NCBI GenBank assembly: GCA_042138015.1
Contig: JBHIVA010000004.1
Location: forward strand, 1,984 to 65,983
Origin: Nitrososphaeraceae archaeon
GTDB lineage: Archaea > Thermoproteota > Nitrososphaeria > Nitrososphaerales > Nitrososphaeraceae
DNA: 64,000 nt
Direction: 5' to 3'
Made by a program: the position numbers and the translations under genes
Shown: piece by piece, positions 32,636-44,455 of the stretch
Layout: each line of letters starts with the position of its first letter
How positions within the stretch are numbered: position 1 is the first letter of the stretch
The notes under the pieces: model-generated
The model's input: the letters and a program-made list of their open reading frames with translations, nothing else
Database searches by the model: none
Told to the model about the DNA's origin: nothing

Positions 32636-32884
32636 GTGGATAAAAAATGTTCAAAGTGTAACAATATTTTTGATGATTCTTTAGTAGAAGATCCCAGCCA
32701 ACAAAAATACTCATCTTGTAATTCGTGCTGGAAAGAATGGACAACTTATGCAGTAATGGTTATCAACGAAATGAGATTAGACATGTCATTACCAGAACAC
32801 AGAAAAGCTTTGAAGAAGCATGAAAGGATTTTCTTTGGTTTGGAGCAAGGAGAACAAATTCAAAAGAATCCAGAAGATCAATAA
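32636..32884 (+). CDS. Fe(II)-trafficking/oxidative-damage protection protein (YggX-like)
   Basis: CWKEW...MVINEMRLDMSLPEHRKAL...FF matches the YggX pattern (AW..W...QTMLINE.RLN). Confidence 0.75.
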   Translation: MDKKCSKCNNIFDDSLVEDPSQQKYSSCNSCWKEWTTYAVMVINEMRLDMSLPEHRKALKKHERIFFGLEQGEQIQKNPEDQ

Positions 32885-33187
32885 TTCTTATTCTTTTTAT
32901 TGGGTTATTCTACATGATGACTTGATTATAAAAATAAAATTTGATGAATACAAGTTCATTGTAAAATCTCTTTGATTATGTACTGTCTAAGTCTTAATGG
33001 AAAATTAAAAGTAGTTTAGTTACTTCAAAAATGTGATCAAATTTAATTTAGGGGTTATTTCACAGTTTTAGAAATTAATAAAAAAAATTCTTCATGAATG
33101 ATAAATATTATGTATTAAATATATAAAAATTATTTCGAGGCTTGTTTATATATCTGCTTTTAACTTTAGTACATTAAGACAAGGAAG

Positions 33188-33970
33188 ATGGAAAAAGCAA
33201 GTAATGATAGATCGAGAGATTTTGATGCTTTCTCTCCAACTTTGTCCACTAAATATGGACGTGAAGCGTCATTTCTTTTAAAAACTATTACCATAAACTT
33301 TAGGATTATCATCGGCATACTCATGGGATTGATCTTATTGGTATCAATAGATTTATCTGCTGACCTAGGATTAAAATCTATATTATCGGACGAACTTCTG
33401 GACCTTTTGATAATTATTATTTCTATTATTATACTTTTTATTGTTATAACGATTCTAAAACCAATTCGTAAATATCGAAATCTAATGGATAAATGGATCA
33501 ATCTTTTTGAACGAAATTCTTTAGCTACAGAGCTGAGAGTTATGATATCAAATAGAGATAAAAAAGAAGTATTAACTGCCATTTCATCTATCTTAGAACC
33601 CATAAACACCAAACTACATCCTTATTTAGAGAATAAACAAATTTATGGAAAATTTTTTGATATCCAAATCTCCGACGGTATTTTTAATATTTTGATAGAC
33701 CAAACAAATGTAAATGATAATAAAGAACTATCACAAGAGTTATCACAGTACGGTGGGATTATTGTAAACATTTACGACAAAATAGTTGATGAATTTGTTT
33801 TCAATTCATTTATCAAACATTTGAAAAGATATTCTCAGAAAAACAAAATTGGAATTACAATAATAATAGCAGAAGATATATCTGAAGAGGTCTATGATAT
33901 AATATCTAGTTCTGCGGATAAAGTCATCAATAAAATCATACTCGTTGAAAAATCTAATATTGTAATTTAA
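33188..33970 (+). CDS. Membrane protein with a soluble C-terminal domain
   Basis: Two TM helices near the N-terminus; 260 aa. Confidence 0.7.
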   Translation: MEKASNDRSRDFDAFSPTLSTKYGREASFLLKTITINFRIIIGILMGLILLVSIDLSADLGLKSILSDELLDLLIIIISIIILFIVITILKPIRKYRNLMDKWINLFERNSLATELRVMISNRDKKEVLTAISSILEPINTKLHPYLENKQIYGKFFDIQISDGIFNILIDQTNVNDNKELSQELSQYGGIIVNIYDKIVDEFVFNSFIKHLKRYSQKNKIGITIIIAEDISEEVYDIISSSADKVINKIILVEKSNIVI

Positions 33971-33990
33971 CTATATTTTGTGTCAATTTT

Positions 33991-34299
33991 CTACTCTATG
34001 ATATTGTTGTTCTTTCTAACGAAAATTAGAAAATTTTTTACCCATTTAACATACTCATTAATACCACTATCCGTTATTTTATAGAATTTTGCATTTGATG
34101 TTTGAATAGATGAAATATAATGGTTCTGTTCTAATTTTTCTAATAAAAAGGAAATTCTATCCGGACGTTGCTTTTTTATATCTCTAATTTTTGTCATTAT
34201 ATGATATTTACTTACAGGACTATTTTTTGAATTTAAATATAGATATTCCAAAATTGTGAGCATAGTATATTCCGAAGAATATCTCCTTGGTTTTGACAA
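33991..34299 (-). CDS. Winged-helix transcription regulator
   Basis: Helix-helix region followed by the wing YKITDSG. Confidence 0.75.
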   Translation of the reverse strand: MSKPRRYSSEYTMLTILEYLYLNSKNSPVSKYHIMTKIRDIKKQRPDRISFLLEKLEQNHYISSIQTSNAKFYKITDSGINEYVKWVKNFLIFVRKNNNIIE

Positions 34300-34839
34300 T
34301 TGTTATAATATTCTATAACTTGGCTAATTATACATATAGTGTTATAATCGCCCTATTACCAGCAGTCAAATCTTACATAGATTATTTCTCCCTAAATAAC
34401 GTTCATATTTAAATAAAAAAGATGCACATGTAATGTATAGCACTTGATCAAGTTAAATTGACCAATGAGAGTATATTAATATGTCTTTTGTTTTGTATAA
34501 TAGATGAGTATATAAACGAACATAAATACGAATGCTAAGAATTAATTTTTATACTCAAGAGATAAATAAATAAAATAACTAGTTCTGTTCTACCAATCAC
34601 ATGCTTATCTACTACTCTTTCTGTGAGTAGCTAACTGGGATATCTATAAACTTCCAAATAACTTATAAGAATAGTGTAAGTCTTAACTCTGATTTAAACA
34701 ACTAGTTTTATCTATTTATGTCTCTCATATTAGATAATAATTTCTGTCGCGAAATTTCATTAGTATAGGGAACATAATAAGGAAAAAGATTCAGCTTTAA
34801 AATGGAAATGTTTTTTTAGAAGATGTATTTTGAATTGCA

Positions 34840-35307
34840 TTAAATATTCTTTTCTTTATAGAGGAAATCTTTAGTCTGTTTATCTAATATTTGGAGCATT
34901 TCATCTTTGATTGATGAATTAAATAATGCTTCTATGAAACATATACGTAATATTTCTCTGTTGCTTTCTTCTAAACGTTTTGTAGTTCTTATTACTGATG
35001 GAACGAGTTTTAAGATCAAAGCTGGTTTTTTAAAAATTTCCTCAAGATATATACTTAATATATAGTTTATTTTTTTACTTTCAAATTTAGAAAGAACTTC
35101 AAACCAGGACACCATCAACTCTTCTAAAAGATTTATATCTACATGTGGAATTGAATTCAGTATCAAGCCAATTATTTCTATTTGCTCTTCCTTTGTTAAG
35201 CTATAAAAATCGGAAAGTTTATTCTTGATTATGGGTTTTCTTAAAAAATCCTGCAAATTTGCTAATATTTGAATTATATTTTCAGTAGTTCTAGGTGGTG
35301 TAGACAT
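34840..35307 (-). CDS. Hypothetical all-helical protein
   Basis: 155-aa ORF with protein-like composition. Confidence 0.7.
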   Translation of the reverse strand: MSTPPRTTENIIQILANLQDFLRKPIIKNKLSDFYSLTKEEQIEIIGLILNSIPHVDINLLEELMVSWFEVLSKFESKKINYILSIYLEEIFKKPALILKLVPSVIRTTKRLEESNREILRICFIEALFNSSIKDEMLQILDKQTKDFLYKEKNI

Positions 35308-35410
35308 TAAAGAATTCTTTACTGAACTACTATAGAAATTTTTTTAATCGTACATATTTATTCATCATTCTTGCTCATAAATTAAATATAGATATATTTT
35401 ACACTACTTC

Positions 35411-36415
35411 GTGGGTTGCAGAGTAATCGTTGGTGGTTTTTTCGGTGATGAAGGAAAAGGAAAGATCGTATCTTATTTAGTAAATAAAGATAACCCAAGT
35501 ATTGCAGCAAGAGGAGGCGTTGGTCCAAATGCAGGACATACATTCGTAATTGGAAATAAAACATTCAAGGTTCGAATGCTACCAAGTGGTGTAATGAATA
35601 AGAATACTAAACTAGCTATTGGCGCAGGTGTTTTGGTAAATCCTGAAATATTACTACAAGAAATTAATAGATTTAATACACAAAAGAGAACCTTCATTGA
35701 TTCTAATTGCGGAATAATTTCTCAAGAACATATTTTAAGGGATAGTTCAGAGGGTTATTTGAAAAATAACATAGGAACTACAGGAACAGGTACTGGTCCA
35801 GCAAATTCCGACAGAGCACTTCGAATCTTACAACTTGCAAAGGATCGCATGGAGCTAGAGGAATATATTTCGGACGTAGGACTTATGATTTACTCGTATC
35901 TTGAGAAAAAAGAGTATGTGTTACTTGAAGGCACACAAGGAACATTTCTATCTTTATTTCACGGTGGTTATCCATTTGTGACTTCAAAAGATGTAACAGC
36001 TTCATCTATTTGTGCTGATGTTGGCATAGGTCCAAAGAATGTTGATGATGTGCTCGTTGTCTTCAAATCATTTGTAACTCGAGTTGGTGGAGGCCCATTA
36101 GAAAATGAATTGGAAAGAAATGAATCGGAAAAAAAAGGTTGGCTAGAATATGGAAGTGTTACAGGAAGAGAACGTAGGTCCTCTCCATTTAATGTGAAAA
36201 TGGCAAAAAAAGCAATTCGTCTTAATGGTGCCACTAATATAGCATTGACTAAACTTGATGTCTTATATCCTGAAACCTCAGGTGTCACAGAATATAACAA
36301 ACTCTCTACAAACGCACGTAAATTTGTAGAAAATATTGAATCAGAGTTAGGACTTAATGTAGTTCTTATCGGAACTGGAGCCGAAATAAATGCAATAATA
36401 GATAGAAGAAAATGA
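35411..36415 (+). CDS. purA: Adenylosuccinate synthetase (short archaeal type)
   Basis: GDEGKGK, GPNAGHT, EGTQG, PFVTS, TRVGGGP, VTGRERR, TKLDVL. Confidence 0.97.
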   Translation: MGCRVIVGGFFGDEGKGKIVSYLVNKDNPSIAARGGVGPNAGHTFVIGNKTFKVRMLPSGVMNKNTKLAIGAGVLVNPEILLQEINRFNTQKRTFIDSNCGIISQEHILRDSSEGYLKNNIGTTGTGTGPANSDRALRILQLAKDRMELEEYISDVGLMIYSYLEKKEYVLLEGTQGTFLSLFHGGYPFVTSKDVTASSICADVGIGPKNVDDVLVVFKSFVTRVGGGPLENELERNESEKKGWLEYGSVTGRERRSSPFNVKMAKKAIRLNGATNIALTKLDVLYPETSGVTEYNKLSTNARKFVENIESELGLNVVLIGTGAEINAIIDRRK

Positions 36416-36435
36416 CGTTCTTTATACTAAAAATA

Positions 36436-36891
36436 TTACTTCTTTAAATTATTAAAAGGCTTGTACGTCTTCCCTCTTGTGAAAACTGTTCTTTTAAGTA
36501 TCGCTCTAAGGAAATCTCTAACTTCTCTTAACGTTATTATCATCATCTCATAATCATCATAATCGATCTTTTTTAATCTCTCTTTCAGAAGTGTAACTAC
36601 CGTTATAATATCAATATTTTTTTTTAAGTCTCTTTTAATAATGGACTTGACAGATGTATTCTCATATAAATTATTTTTTTTTAATCGAAGTTGAAAAATA
36701 GAATATTCTACCCAGCTATATGCTTTCCAAAGATTAAAATCATTATCGTTTAGATTTCTTTCACCGGAGGCTATTTCTTTTAAATTTACAAAACTCATTA
36801 TTTCAGTGCGGTCCAAGTTCTCTAAGTACATTTCTAAAAAGTCAATTGCCCTATGAACAATTATTTTTATTCTATTATCTTCAAAAGTCAT
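36436..36891 (-). CDS. Hypothetical protein
   Basis: 151-aa helical ORF. Confidence 0.7.
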   Translation of the reverse strand: MTFEDNRIKIIVHRAIDFLEMYLENLDRTEIMSFVNLKEIASGERNLNDNDFNLWKAYSWVEYSIFQLRLKKNNLYENTSVKSIIKRDLKKNIDIITVVTLLKERLKKIDYDDYEMMIITLREVRDFLRAILKRTVFTRGKTYKPFNNLKK

Positions 36892-37056
36892 TTAAGTTTT
36901 TTAATTATATTAAAAATTAATAATATAAATTCTATTTTATTCTAAAACTCAAGATGATTTTATATCCTATCTGTTATACATATAAAATATTCTGGATAGT
37001 ATATATCCGATTCTTTAAAATCTAAAATCAGTTCAACTTTCGCATGTAAAATATAA

Positions 37057-37383
37057 TCATTTAGTTTTTTCAACTTCTATTGTACATTTAGTTACAACTC
37101 CAGCAATAACTCCTAAGGCTGCAAGCCATGGAGCTAACGCAACTGTTGCAACAACCCCAGCTGTACCCCAAGTAACTGGAATAGAGATAAGTACTTCTCC
37201 TTTATCATCTTTAACGATGATCTTTCTAACATTCGCATCTCGTACCATGTGCTTAACTCTTCCTATTAAGTTATCAGCAGAAACTTTATACACATCCCTC
37301 TTCATTCCTATTTGATTTCCACAATTCAGACAAAATCTCGAATTGGAAGGAAGTTCTATTTTACATTCATTGCAATAGTTCAT
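37057..37383 (-). CDS. Zinc ribbon plus DUF4342 domain protein
   Basis: CNEC...CLNCG followed by EGNVRKIIVK-like motif (DANVRKIIVK), IPVTWG, CTIEVEK. Confidence 0.8.
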   Translation of the reverse strand: MNYCNECKIELPSNSRFCLNCGNQIGMKRDVYKVSADNLIGRVKHMVRDANVRKIIVKDDKGEVLISIPVTWGTAGVVATVALAPWLAALGVIAGVVTKCTIEVEKTK

Positions 37384-38285
37384 ACGTTGTCATAAAGAAA
37401 TCATCCTTATTTCTTTATCGTAATAATTTTTTAGATAATTAGCTCGCGAAATGATTAGATAAACTCATCTTTACAAAATTGAGTTAATTAGGGAATATTA
37501 TTTTCTTAGGTTAGATATATCAATCAAATTTAAATTTTTTTTTACATTTAAATGAATTTAAGAATTTAAACTTCAGTATTTTGAGGTCTTTATATTTTTA
37601 AAGGATACATTTTTTCCCAAAATATATATTTTCAATTTAATTTGGTGTAAGGACAATTATGAAAAATATAAACACTTTTCGAATACTCATAATCTGTGAT
37701 GATTAAAATTTATGATTTATGATTAATTAATTATAACCGAAAAATTTTATTTTAATATAAATCTAAAAAATATGCCATTAAATCTTTGAGTTTTATCAGT
37801 TATTTTTGTAAAAATTATAACCTTTTTAGTATTATGACATTTAAGATGAAAAAAAGGATATTTCTTTTAATAATAACTGATAGTTTTACCTTTATCTATA
37901 GTTAAGAAATAAAAAAACTAAATCTAATTGAGTGTACAAGTCATAATTCTTATATAAATTTCGCTAACTGTCTTTTCAGATTTGGGATAGTAGAAAATTA
38001 TAAGTAATGTGCTATTGCATTTTTAGTATTAATTGTAGAAAATATCAATTTTGGCAATCCAATTACTTTTTTTGAAATTTTCAATCCAACTCATATTAAT
38101 GAACTTACTCTAAATAATGATGAAAGTGTTTGTTATAATCTGTAAAAATAATAGTGCTCATAAGGAAAAATAAATTATTATAATATATGATCTAATTATT
38201 TTAATTTATCGGTATAATCTAGGACTGTATCTTTTATTCATCTCTCTTTCTTTAAATCCGAAATTTACCATAGATATTAATTACC

Positions 38286-39017
38286 TTGTTCTTTGAAGAT
38301 ATTTGCTTGGAATTAAAATCACCATTCTATGTTGAGTTATTTGATTTAAACAATTTTGGCAGACTAGTTTGTGCTTTGGAACGTTCTCCCTTACCCTCAT
38401 TTTCTATAAATCTAAAAGGAGAAAATATCTTTTCGGTTCAAACAGAATTCGTAAACGGGATTCCTCTTATTTACTATGTAAAGTTTCCAGCACATCAAGA
38501 TGAATACCCAGCAAATCCTTCTTCTTCCTATCACTATCTTGCATATAGATGCACAACTTCATATGAAACTGTCATGCCAGTAGAAACCGCATCTAATACT
38601 TTATATGTTTATTCACCTATTATTAACATAGAAAAACTCCCTTCTATCATGGAGAAAAGCTCTAGAAGGAGTAAAAAACTCAGCTACACAAAGATAAAAT
38701 TGCGTGATCTTTCGAGCCTCGTAAGAGTAGCTGCTTATAAAACTATATATGATGAACCACCATTACCTATTTTTGTATTCAAGAACAAGAAAAGTGAACA
38801 ATATTCCTTAGGAACCTCCTTAAACTTTATGGATAATGACAATTTAACCTATTATTATTACTTGGATATAGATTACGAACCAGGTAGATTTCTAAAGTAC
38901 TCAAGCCAGAAATCGGAACGACCAATATTTACTAACAATTTAGAAGAGCATGGATATATTTATCTTAAAGTTATTAGACTTATCAACGAACATCCGCTCG
39001 TGACTAACGATGATTAA
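38286..39017 (+). CDS. Conserved archaeal hypothetical protein
   Basis: 243-aa ORF overlapping the pyrF start. Confidence 0.75.
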   Translation: MFFEDICLELKSPFYVELFDLNNFGRLVCALERSPLPSFSINLKGENIFSVQTEFVNGIPLIYYVKFPAHQDEYPANPSSSYHYLAYRCTTSYETVMPVETASNTLYVYSPIINIEKLPSIMEKSSRRSKKLSYTKIKLRDLSSLVRVAAYKTIYDEPPLPIFVFKNKKSEQYSLGTSLNFMDNDNLTYYYYLDIDYEPGRFLKYSSQKSERPIFTNNLEEHGYIYLKVIRLINEHPLVTNDD

Positions 39018-39822
39018 CTATTTCTCTTATAAATATAAGATACATGACTCTTCAATAAAAAAAAAAACTCCAATTATTTTAGCGTTAGATTTAGATTATT
39101 GTAACGATCTTTTGTTTAAAAAATGCTATAATTTGATCTCAGAATTAGGAAATCAAATATGTGCAATAAAAATTAACTTTCATTTACTTTTGTCATTATC
39201 AGGAAAAGAAATAGTAGAATTAAACATTTTCGCCAAGGAAAAAAATATTTCTGTAATTGCAGATATCAAACTAAATGATATAGGAAATACTAATATTATT
39301 ACTATTAATAAATTGTGTAATTTAAGGTTTGATGCAGTAATAGTTAACCCAATTATAGGTGTTACAGAAACAAAATCACTTGTCGAATATGCTCATGCCA
39401 AAGATTTTGGGGTTTTAACTCTGCTATATATGAGTCATCCTGGAGCAATTGAAGGTTACGGGCTAAAAATAGTCAATAACTCAAAAAAGATTTCATATTC
39501 GGATTCATTCACTACAATCTCGCATGATAAAGAAATTATACCTCTATATCGAATTCTTTATAATTATGGTAAATCATGTAATACAGATGGATTCATTATA
39601 GGGGGTACTAAAACAGACATTATTAAAGAGATATCAAGTCTAGGTAGCGATATTCCTATTTACTCACCTGGAATAATAACTCAGGGTGGAGATATTAATT
39701 CCGTAATGACCTCAGGGTCAGATTATTTGATAATAGGTAGATATATTATAAATTCTTCTTCACCAATAAAGACTACAGAAAATCTCTTAGCTAAGATAAG
39801 AAAATATAGTAGGTTTCAATAG
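39010..39822 (+). CDS. pyrF: Orotidine 5'-phosphate decarboxylase
   Basis: ILALD, IADIKLNDIGNT, SPGIITQGG, IIGRYI. Confidence 0.93.
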   Translation: MINYFSYKYKIHDSSIKKKTPIILALDLDYCNDLLFKKCYNLISELGNQICAIKINFHLLLSLSGKEIVELNIFAKEKNISVIADIKLNDIGNTNIITINKLCNLRFDAVIVNPIIGVTETKSLVEYAHAKDFGVLTLLYMSHPGAIEGYGLKIVNNSKKISYSDSFTTISHDKEIIPLYRILYNYGKSCNTDGFIIGGTKTDIIKEISSLGSDIPIYSPGIITQGGDINSVMTSGSDYLIIGRYIINSSSPIKTTENLLAKIRKYSRFQ

Positions 39823-40836
39823 AAAATAAAAATATGAACTTGTTACATTTAACACCAGAACATCTAAAATCACAAAAATATAAATTAGATTATGAGCGGA
39901 TTAAACGTCATAAACTAAAAAAATGTAAATTCGATTTATTTGAAAATATTTAATATTATAGTTTTTCTTGTCGTTAATAAATTATTTTTAAAAAAGGCAA
40001 ACCAATATGATATTACCACATAACTAACCTGTTATTGTTTCTTCACAATTAATAGTTAGGTGATTTAGAATTTTTATTATAAATATACTATAACTGTTAA
40101 TTGATTTCTATGTTCGTCAATTGCCATTTTGATATAACATTAATCATTCTTTTAGGCAATTTCTGAATTTAAAATTAAATAGGATTTATTGGTAAGTGTT
40201 CTCATTTTGTGTCTGGTATATTATTAGAACATTTTCTGAAATAAAAAAACCTATTGAAAAGTAATCTCTATACTTAGTATTGTCATAAAAATAGTTAAAT
40301 CTAAATACTGTATTAGGAGTATCCAATTACTTTAGTGTCATATTTATTGTTTTTACATAGTTCTAATTTTTGCCTGTTTTTTGGTTATGTAATGTTTATT
40401 TGTTTTGAAATTACCGTTTTCTCATTAATGATATATAATAAATAATTAAAATCTTTGTTACCCATTATTCTTCCTTAATTGTCACACCATTTTTATTTTA
40501 AATAACTTCTATAAATTACAAATTAATATTTCATCTGAATCAGGATAATAATATAACTTTCTATGAAATTTTGAATCATATAATTTTTTTTGATGATATG
40601 AATTTTGTAATCATTTTGATAATGAGGAATAATGTTAAGACTTTATAAGTTGAATCGATTTTGATTATATAACTTATAATAAATCTCAATTAATATTTAA
40701 TGAAAGACGATATATCACAATTCTAAGTAAATATCTTCATTACAGATAACAATATATTCTAAAAATATATACAAGAAAATAAATCAATGTGTGGAGGATT
40801 TTCTTCCTTATCGACAAAATTTTTTAACTAGGAACT

Positions 40837-41736
40837 CTATCTGTTATTTATAAAACGTTTGTACACATTAACTCTATCTTCTATTTCTTCACTTGATAAG
40901 TTGATTAAGTTTCTTGTTCCATAGTCTTGAATTGCGAACGAACCCATGACATTCCCGTAAATACATGCTTCTTTTAACATACTTTCCTTCAATTTATCTT
41001 TTTTTGCCAAATAACCTAAAAATCCACCAGCAAAACAATCTCCCGCACCTGTAGGATCTACAACATTTTCAATAGGAAATGCCGGTAGTAAAAAAATCAT
41101 ATCTTGATAAAATAACATCGAGCCGTGTTCGCCCTTTTTTATTATTACAAAATCTTTCACATTTTCTTTAATTATCTTAGCACATTTTATCAAATTGTGT
41201 TCATGTGTAAGTAATCTGGCTTCTTGTGAATCTATTATAATTCCGTTTACATTTTTCATTAATCTGTTTAATTCTTCGTATTTTGTGATAATCCAATATT
41301 CTATAGTATCACATATTACCAATTTAGGATCACTAAATAATTTTAAAATCTTAATATTTTGTGTTGGATCGTTGTTAGCAAGAAAAATAAATTTTGAATC
41401 AACGTACTCTTCAGGAATTATTGGTTCAAAGTTTTCTATGACATTGAGCTCTGTTCTATTGGATCTTCGGACAGTCAGAGTTTTATCAAAAGAGGAATCA
41501 TAATGAAATGTCTTACCATTTTTTTTAAGTAGGACGCCTCTGGTGTCAACATTTCTATTCAATATTTCCATATATCTTGACGGAAAGTCCGAACCAATTA
41601 TACCAACAAGATTCGTAGGAACATATTTAGAAGCTGATAAAGAGGCGTAAGTTGCAGCCCCTCCCAACATTCTAGTGAGAGTCTTTGAGTAAGTTCTAGT
41701 TGTATCCAGAGCAATTGTTCCAAAGACAGTTAACAT
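40837..41736 (-). CDS. PfkB-family carbohydrate/nucleoside kinase
   Basis: LGGAATY, IKKGEHG, DPTGAGDCFAGG. Confidence 0.93.
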   Translation of the reverse strand: MLTVFGTIALDTTRTYSKTLTRMLGGAATYASLSASKYVPTNLVGIIGSDFPSRYMEILNRNVDTRGVLLKKNGKTFHYDSSFDKTLTVRRSNRTELNVIENFEPIIPEEYVDSKFIFLANNDPTQNIKILKLFSDPKLVICDTIEYWIITKYEELNRLMKNVNGIIIDSQEARLLTHEHNLIKCAKIIKENVKDFVIIKKGEHGSMLFYQDMIFLLPAFPIENVVDPTGAGDCFAGGFLGYLAKKDKLKESMLKEACIYGNVMGSFAIQDYGTRNLINLSSEEIEDRVNVYKRFINNR

Positions 41737-41975
41737 CTTCTTGGTTTATTTGGATATATTGGCATTATAAAAATTAATTGCGGATAATCTATGTAGTAGT
41801 TATAGATATTGATTAAAAGAAATCCTTTCTATTATTAATATAATTTATATTATATAATAGCTAAATCTATAACCTAAATATAACCTATATTTTGACTATT
41901 ATTTTTTAATGGCAATTGTCTTTTTGAATATTTAATTAAGATAAATACTTATCATCGATTCTCACATCACGATAT

Positions 41976-42545
41976 GTGAAAAAACTTGTTGTTGCAATAA
42001 CTGGCGGGTCAGGAGTGATTTACGGAATTAAACTATTAAAATATCTCAATCAGTTAAATTTAGAAACACATCTCATACTTAGTGAATGGGGAGCTAAGAC
42101 AATCAGGATTGAAACAAATGCTGATCCCAACCTATTGAAATCTCTTGCTACATTTCATTACGATAATAACAATATGGCCGCATCCATATCAAGCGGGTCT
42201 TTTAAAACTGACGGTATGGTAATCATACCGTGTAGTATGAAAACTTTATCAAGTATAACTCATGGCTTCGATGATAGTCTTATCTCAAGGTCTGCAAGTG
42301 TTTGTATAAAGGAACATAGAAAATTGGTTATTGTTCCAAGAGAAACACCTCTTTCTACGATTCATCTTGAAAACATGTTAAAACTCTCTGAGATGAACGT
42401 AACAATTTTACCTGCGATGCCTGGTTTTTATTCAAAACCATCTAGCATTGATGATTTAATCTCCCATATAGTAGGAAAGGTATTGGATCAATTTGATATA
42501 AATCACAATATGTATAAAAGATGGGGTCAAGAAAAACTAGTCTAA
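41976..42545 (+). CDS. ubiX: Flavin prenyltransferase
   Basis: ITGGSG, ISSGS, PCSMKTL, VPRETP, PAMPGFY. Confidence 0.95.
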   Translation: MKKLVVAITGGSGVIYGIKLLKYLNQLNLETHLILSEWGAKTIRIETNADPNLLKSLATFHYDNNNMAASISSGSFKTDGMVIIPCSMKTLSSITHGFDDSLISRSASVCIKEHRKLVIVPRETPLSTIHLENMLKLSEMNVTILPAMPGFYSKPSSIDDLISHIVGKVLDQFDINHNMYKRWGQEKLV

Positions 42546-43348
42546 TTAGATTTTTTGAAATTTTATTTCTATATTATCCAATTAAACCACTAATGATTAG
42601 GCACAATAAAACTTATGTGAATATCAAAGTTAACTACAACACATAAAAGAAATATTGAACGATCAACAAATAAAAAATTGCAAATCATTGTTTTTTATTC
42701 TATTATATTTCAATAGTAAAAATCGAAGTTGAGGCAGAATTTCCTATGCTCTAAAGTTTGTTTCTAAATCAAAAAGTGATCAGAATTTATATATTTGGTT
42801 ATTCAAAGAATATGATTTCTTTAGGATGTATTGATACTATCTCTAAAATTCAGACAACTTAAATAATGAGACTATTTTAGAATTTATTAAATATATAATA
42901 CTTAATTCACAACTAATTATATAATCTTTCAAGAATAAAATATGTGATCCCTCTGGATTATAAATTTTTAATTTCCTGATATATGACAAAATGAATTCTT
43001 ATGTATCAATAATTATATATTTTAGTGAAATATATGTAAAATGTAGATTCGGTTCTAAGTAGGATTCTATCTCATAATAATTTTAGAAACCATTGGAATA
43101 GATGTTTATACGTATGATTCTGTTTTAACAAGATTATGTCTGTTTAAAAAAAACTTACTTTTTTCCCTACCAGATATTACTAAATTCTTATTATAAAACT
43201 TAAAATCAGATCAACTAACCTACATAGAAATGAATTTATTTAATGACTTTATTATGTAGTTATCTAAAAGATTAAGTTTTCATATAAAAGATAAAAAATT
43301 TTTAAAATACCCTTTAATTAATTCACAACTGAGTTATAATATTGGTAT

Positions 43349-43906
43349 TTATTCCCACAATTTCATTCGTTCAAGTTTAGCTTTTCTTTTTATTTCTTGA
43401 AGGAAATTATATACAACTTTATGTGATTTACCTAAGCAGAGCATATTAATTGCTTTAGCAGCTAAATTTATTTGTTCAGGCAATCCTATAATACTAACGT
43501 TGTGTCCATAAACAGAAATATAAGTACCTGTCAATTCTTCGATAGTTCTACGTGATTTACCTCGTTCTCCGATTAGTCTACTTTTAATTCTTATCATTTT
43601 ATTTTCTGACTTTCCAGCGAAACTTCTGATATCAATAATTTCCAACATATTGTTCTCACCAAACAAGTCAAATGCACGCTCTGGTGAAAAACCTTTTGAA
43701 ATAGCATTTACAATCTCAGTTGCTTTATTCAAGTCTAATATATTATAATCATTACTTTGGGAACTTAAAGTTACATCCCCATATTCGCTATCTATAACAA
43801 TATCGATTTTGAATTTTTTCTTTATTTCCTCCTTTGTATTTCCATTTTTACCAATAATCGCACCTACTCGATCCTTTGGAATTCTGATATTACGTTCATA
43901 ACTCAA
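43349..43906 (-). CDS. KH-domain rRNA-processing protein (Dim2/Pno1/Krr1 family)
   Basis: IIGKNG, KGFSPERAF, RLIGERG. Confidence 0.92.
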   Translation of the reverse strand: MSYERNIRIPKDRVGAIIGKNGNTKEEIKKKFKIDIVIDSEYGDVTLSSQSNDYNILDLNKATEIVNAISKGFSPERAFDLFGENNMLEIIDIRSFAGKSENKMIRIKSRLIGERGKSRRTIEELTGTYISVYGHNVSIIGLPEQINLAAKAINMLCLGKSHKVVYNFLQEIKRKAKLERMKLWE

Positions 43907-43974
43907 TACTTTGACCTCCTACTGTATTTTTGAAGTTAAGATTCTTTTAAATATTGACTTATGGAATAGTTAAA

Positions 43975-44337
43975 CTAATAGTTTTTAGTAAACTTATAAA
44001 TCATTAAAAACGGTATGTCTGAAATGGTTTTTATACTATCTTTCTTAGCTAATTTCCAATCTAATGACTTTTGTATTACCCTATTCCCAATCAGATTGGC
44101 TATTGAAGATTTTTTTAATAAATCTTGAATCTGTTTTTCATCCATTGGCTCGATGAAAAATTCTCGGTTAATATCTACATTAAGAGATCCATTAGATATT
44201 TTTTTCCCTAGAAGTTCTTCATCACATATATTGATCATTAATGATCCTTGATAATTCATTTTTCTCACATAGTATTGAGGTTTTTTTGGAATTTCGCGAT
44301 CTTTACCATTTAAGTTAATCTTATCCATTAATCTCAA
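43975..44337 (-). CDS. DUF424 family protein
   Basis: ICDEELLGK, IANLIGNR, PFLMIYK. Confidence 0.85.
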   Translation of the reverse strand: MRLMDKINLNGKDREIPKKPQYYVRKMNYQGSLMINICDEELLGKKISNGSLNVDINREFFIEPMDEKQIQDLLKKSSIANLIGNRVIQKSLDWKLAKKDSIKTISDIPFLMIYKFTKNY

Positions 44338-44455
44338 CCATTCCGTTTCTAGTTAGTTATTATCGTTTCTTTCTCTATTAATTCTTTTTTTAGAACGATT
44401 AGATGCCGATTAATAGAGGAATTCGAGCAACAAATTAATTCAAAATATTAAAATA

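Noticed and set aside
34604-34645. CTACTC/GAGTAG hairpin and other short palindromes (e.g. AACATATGTT at 48650-48659)
   Set aside because: Too short to distinguish from chance.
40100-40430. Possible degraded gene remnant on the minus strand (open stretches of about 45 codons)
   Set aside because: No start codon or motif; such stretches are expected by chance in AT-rich DNA.
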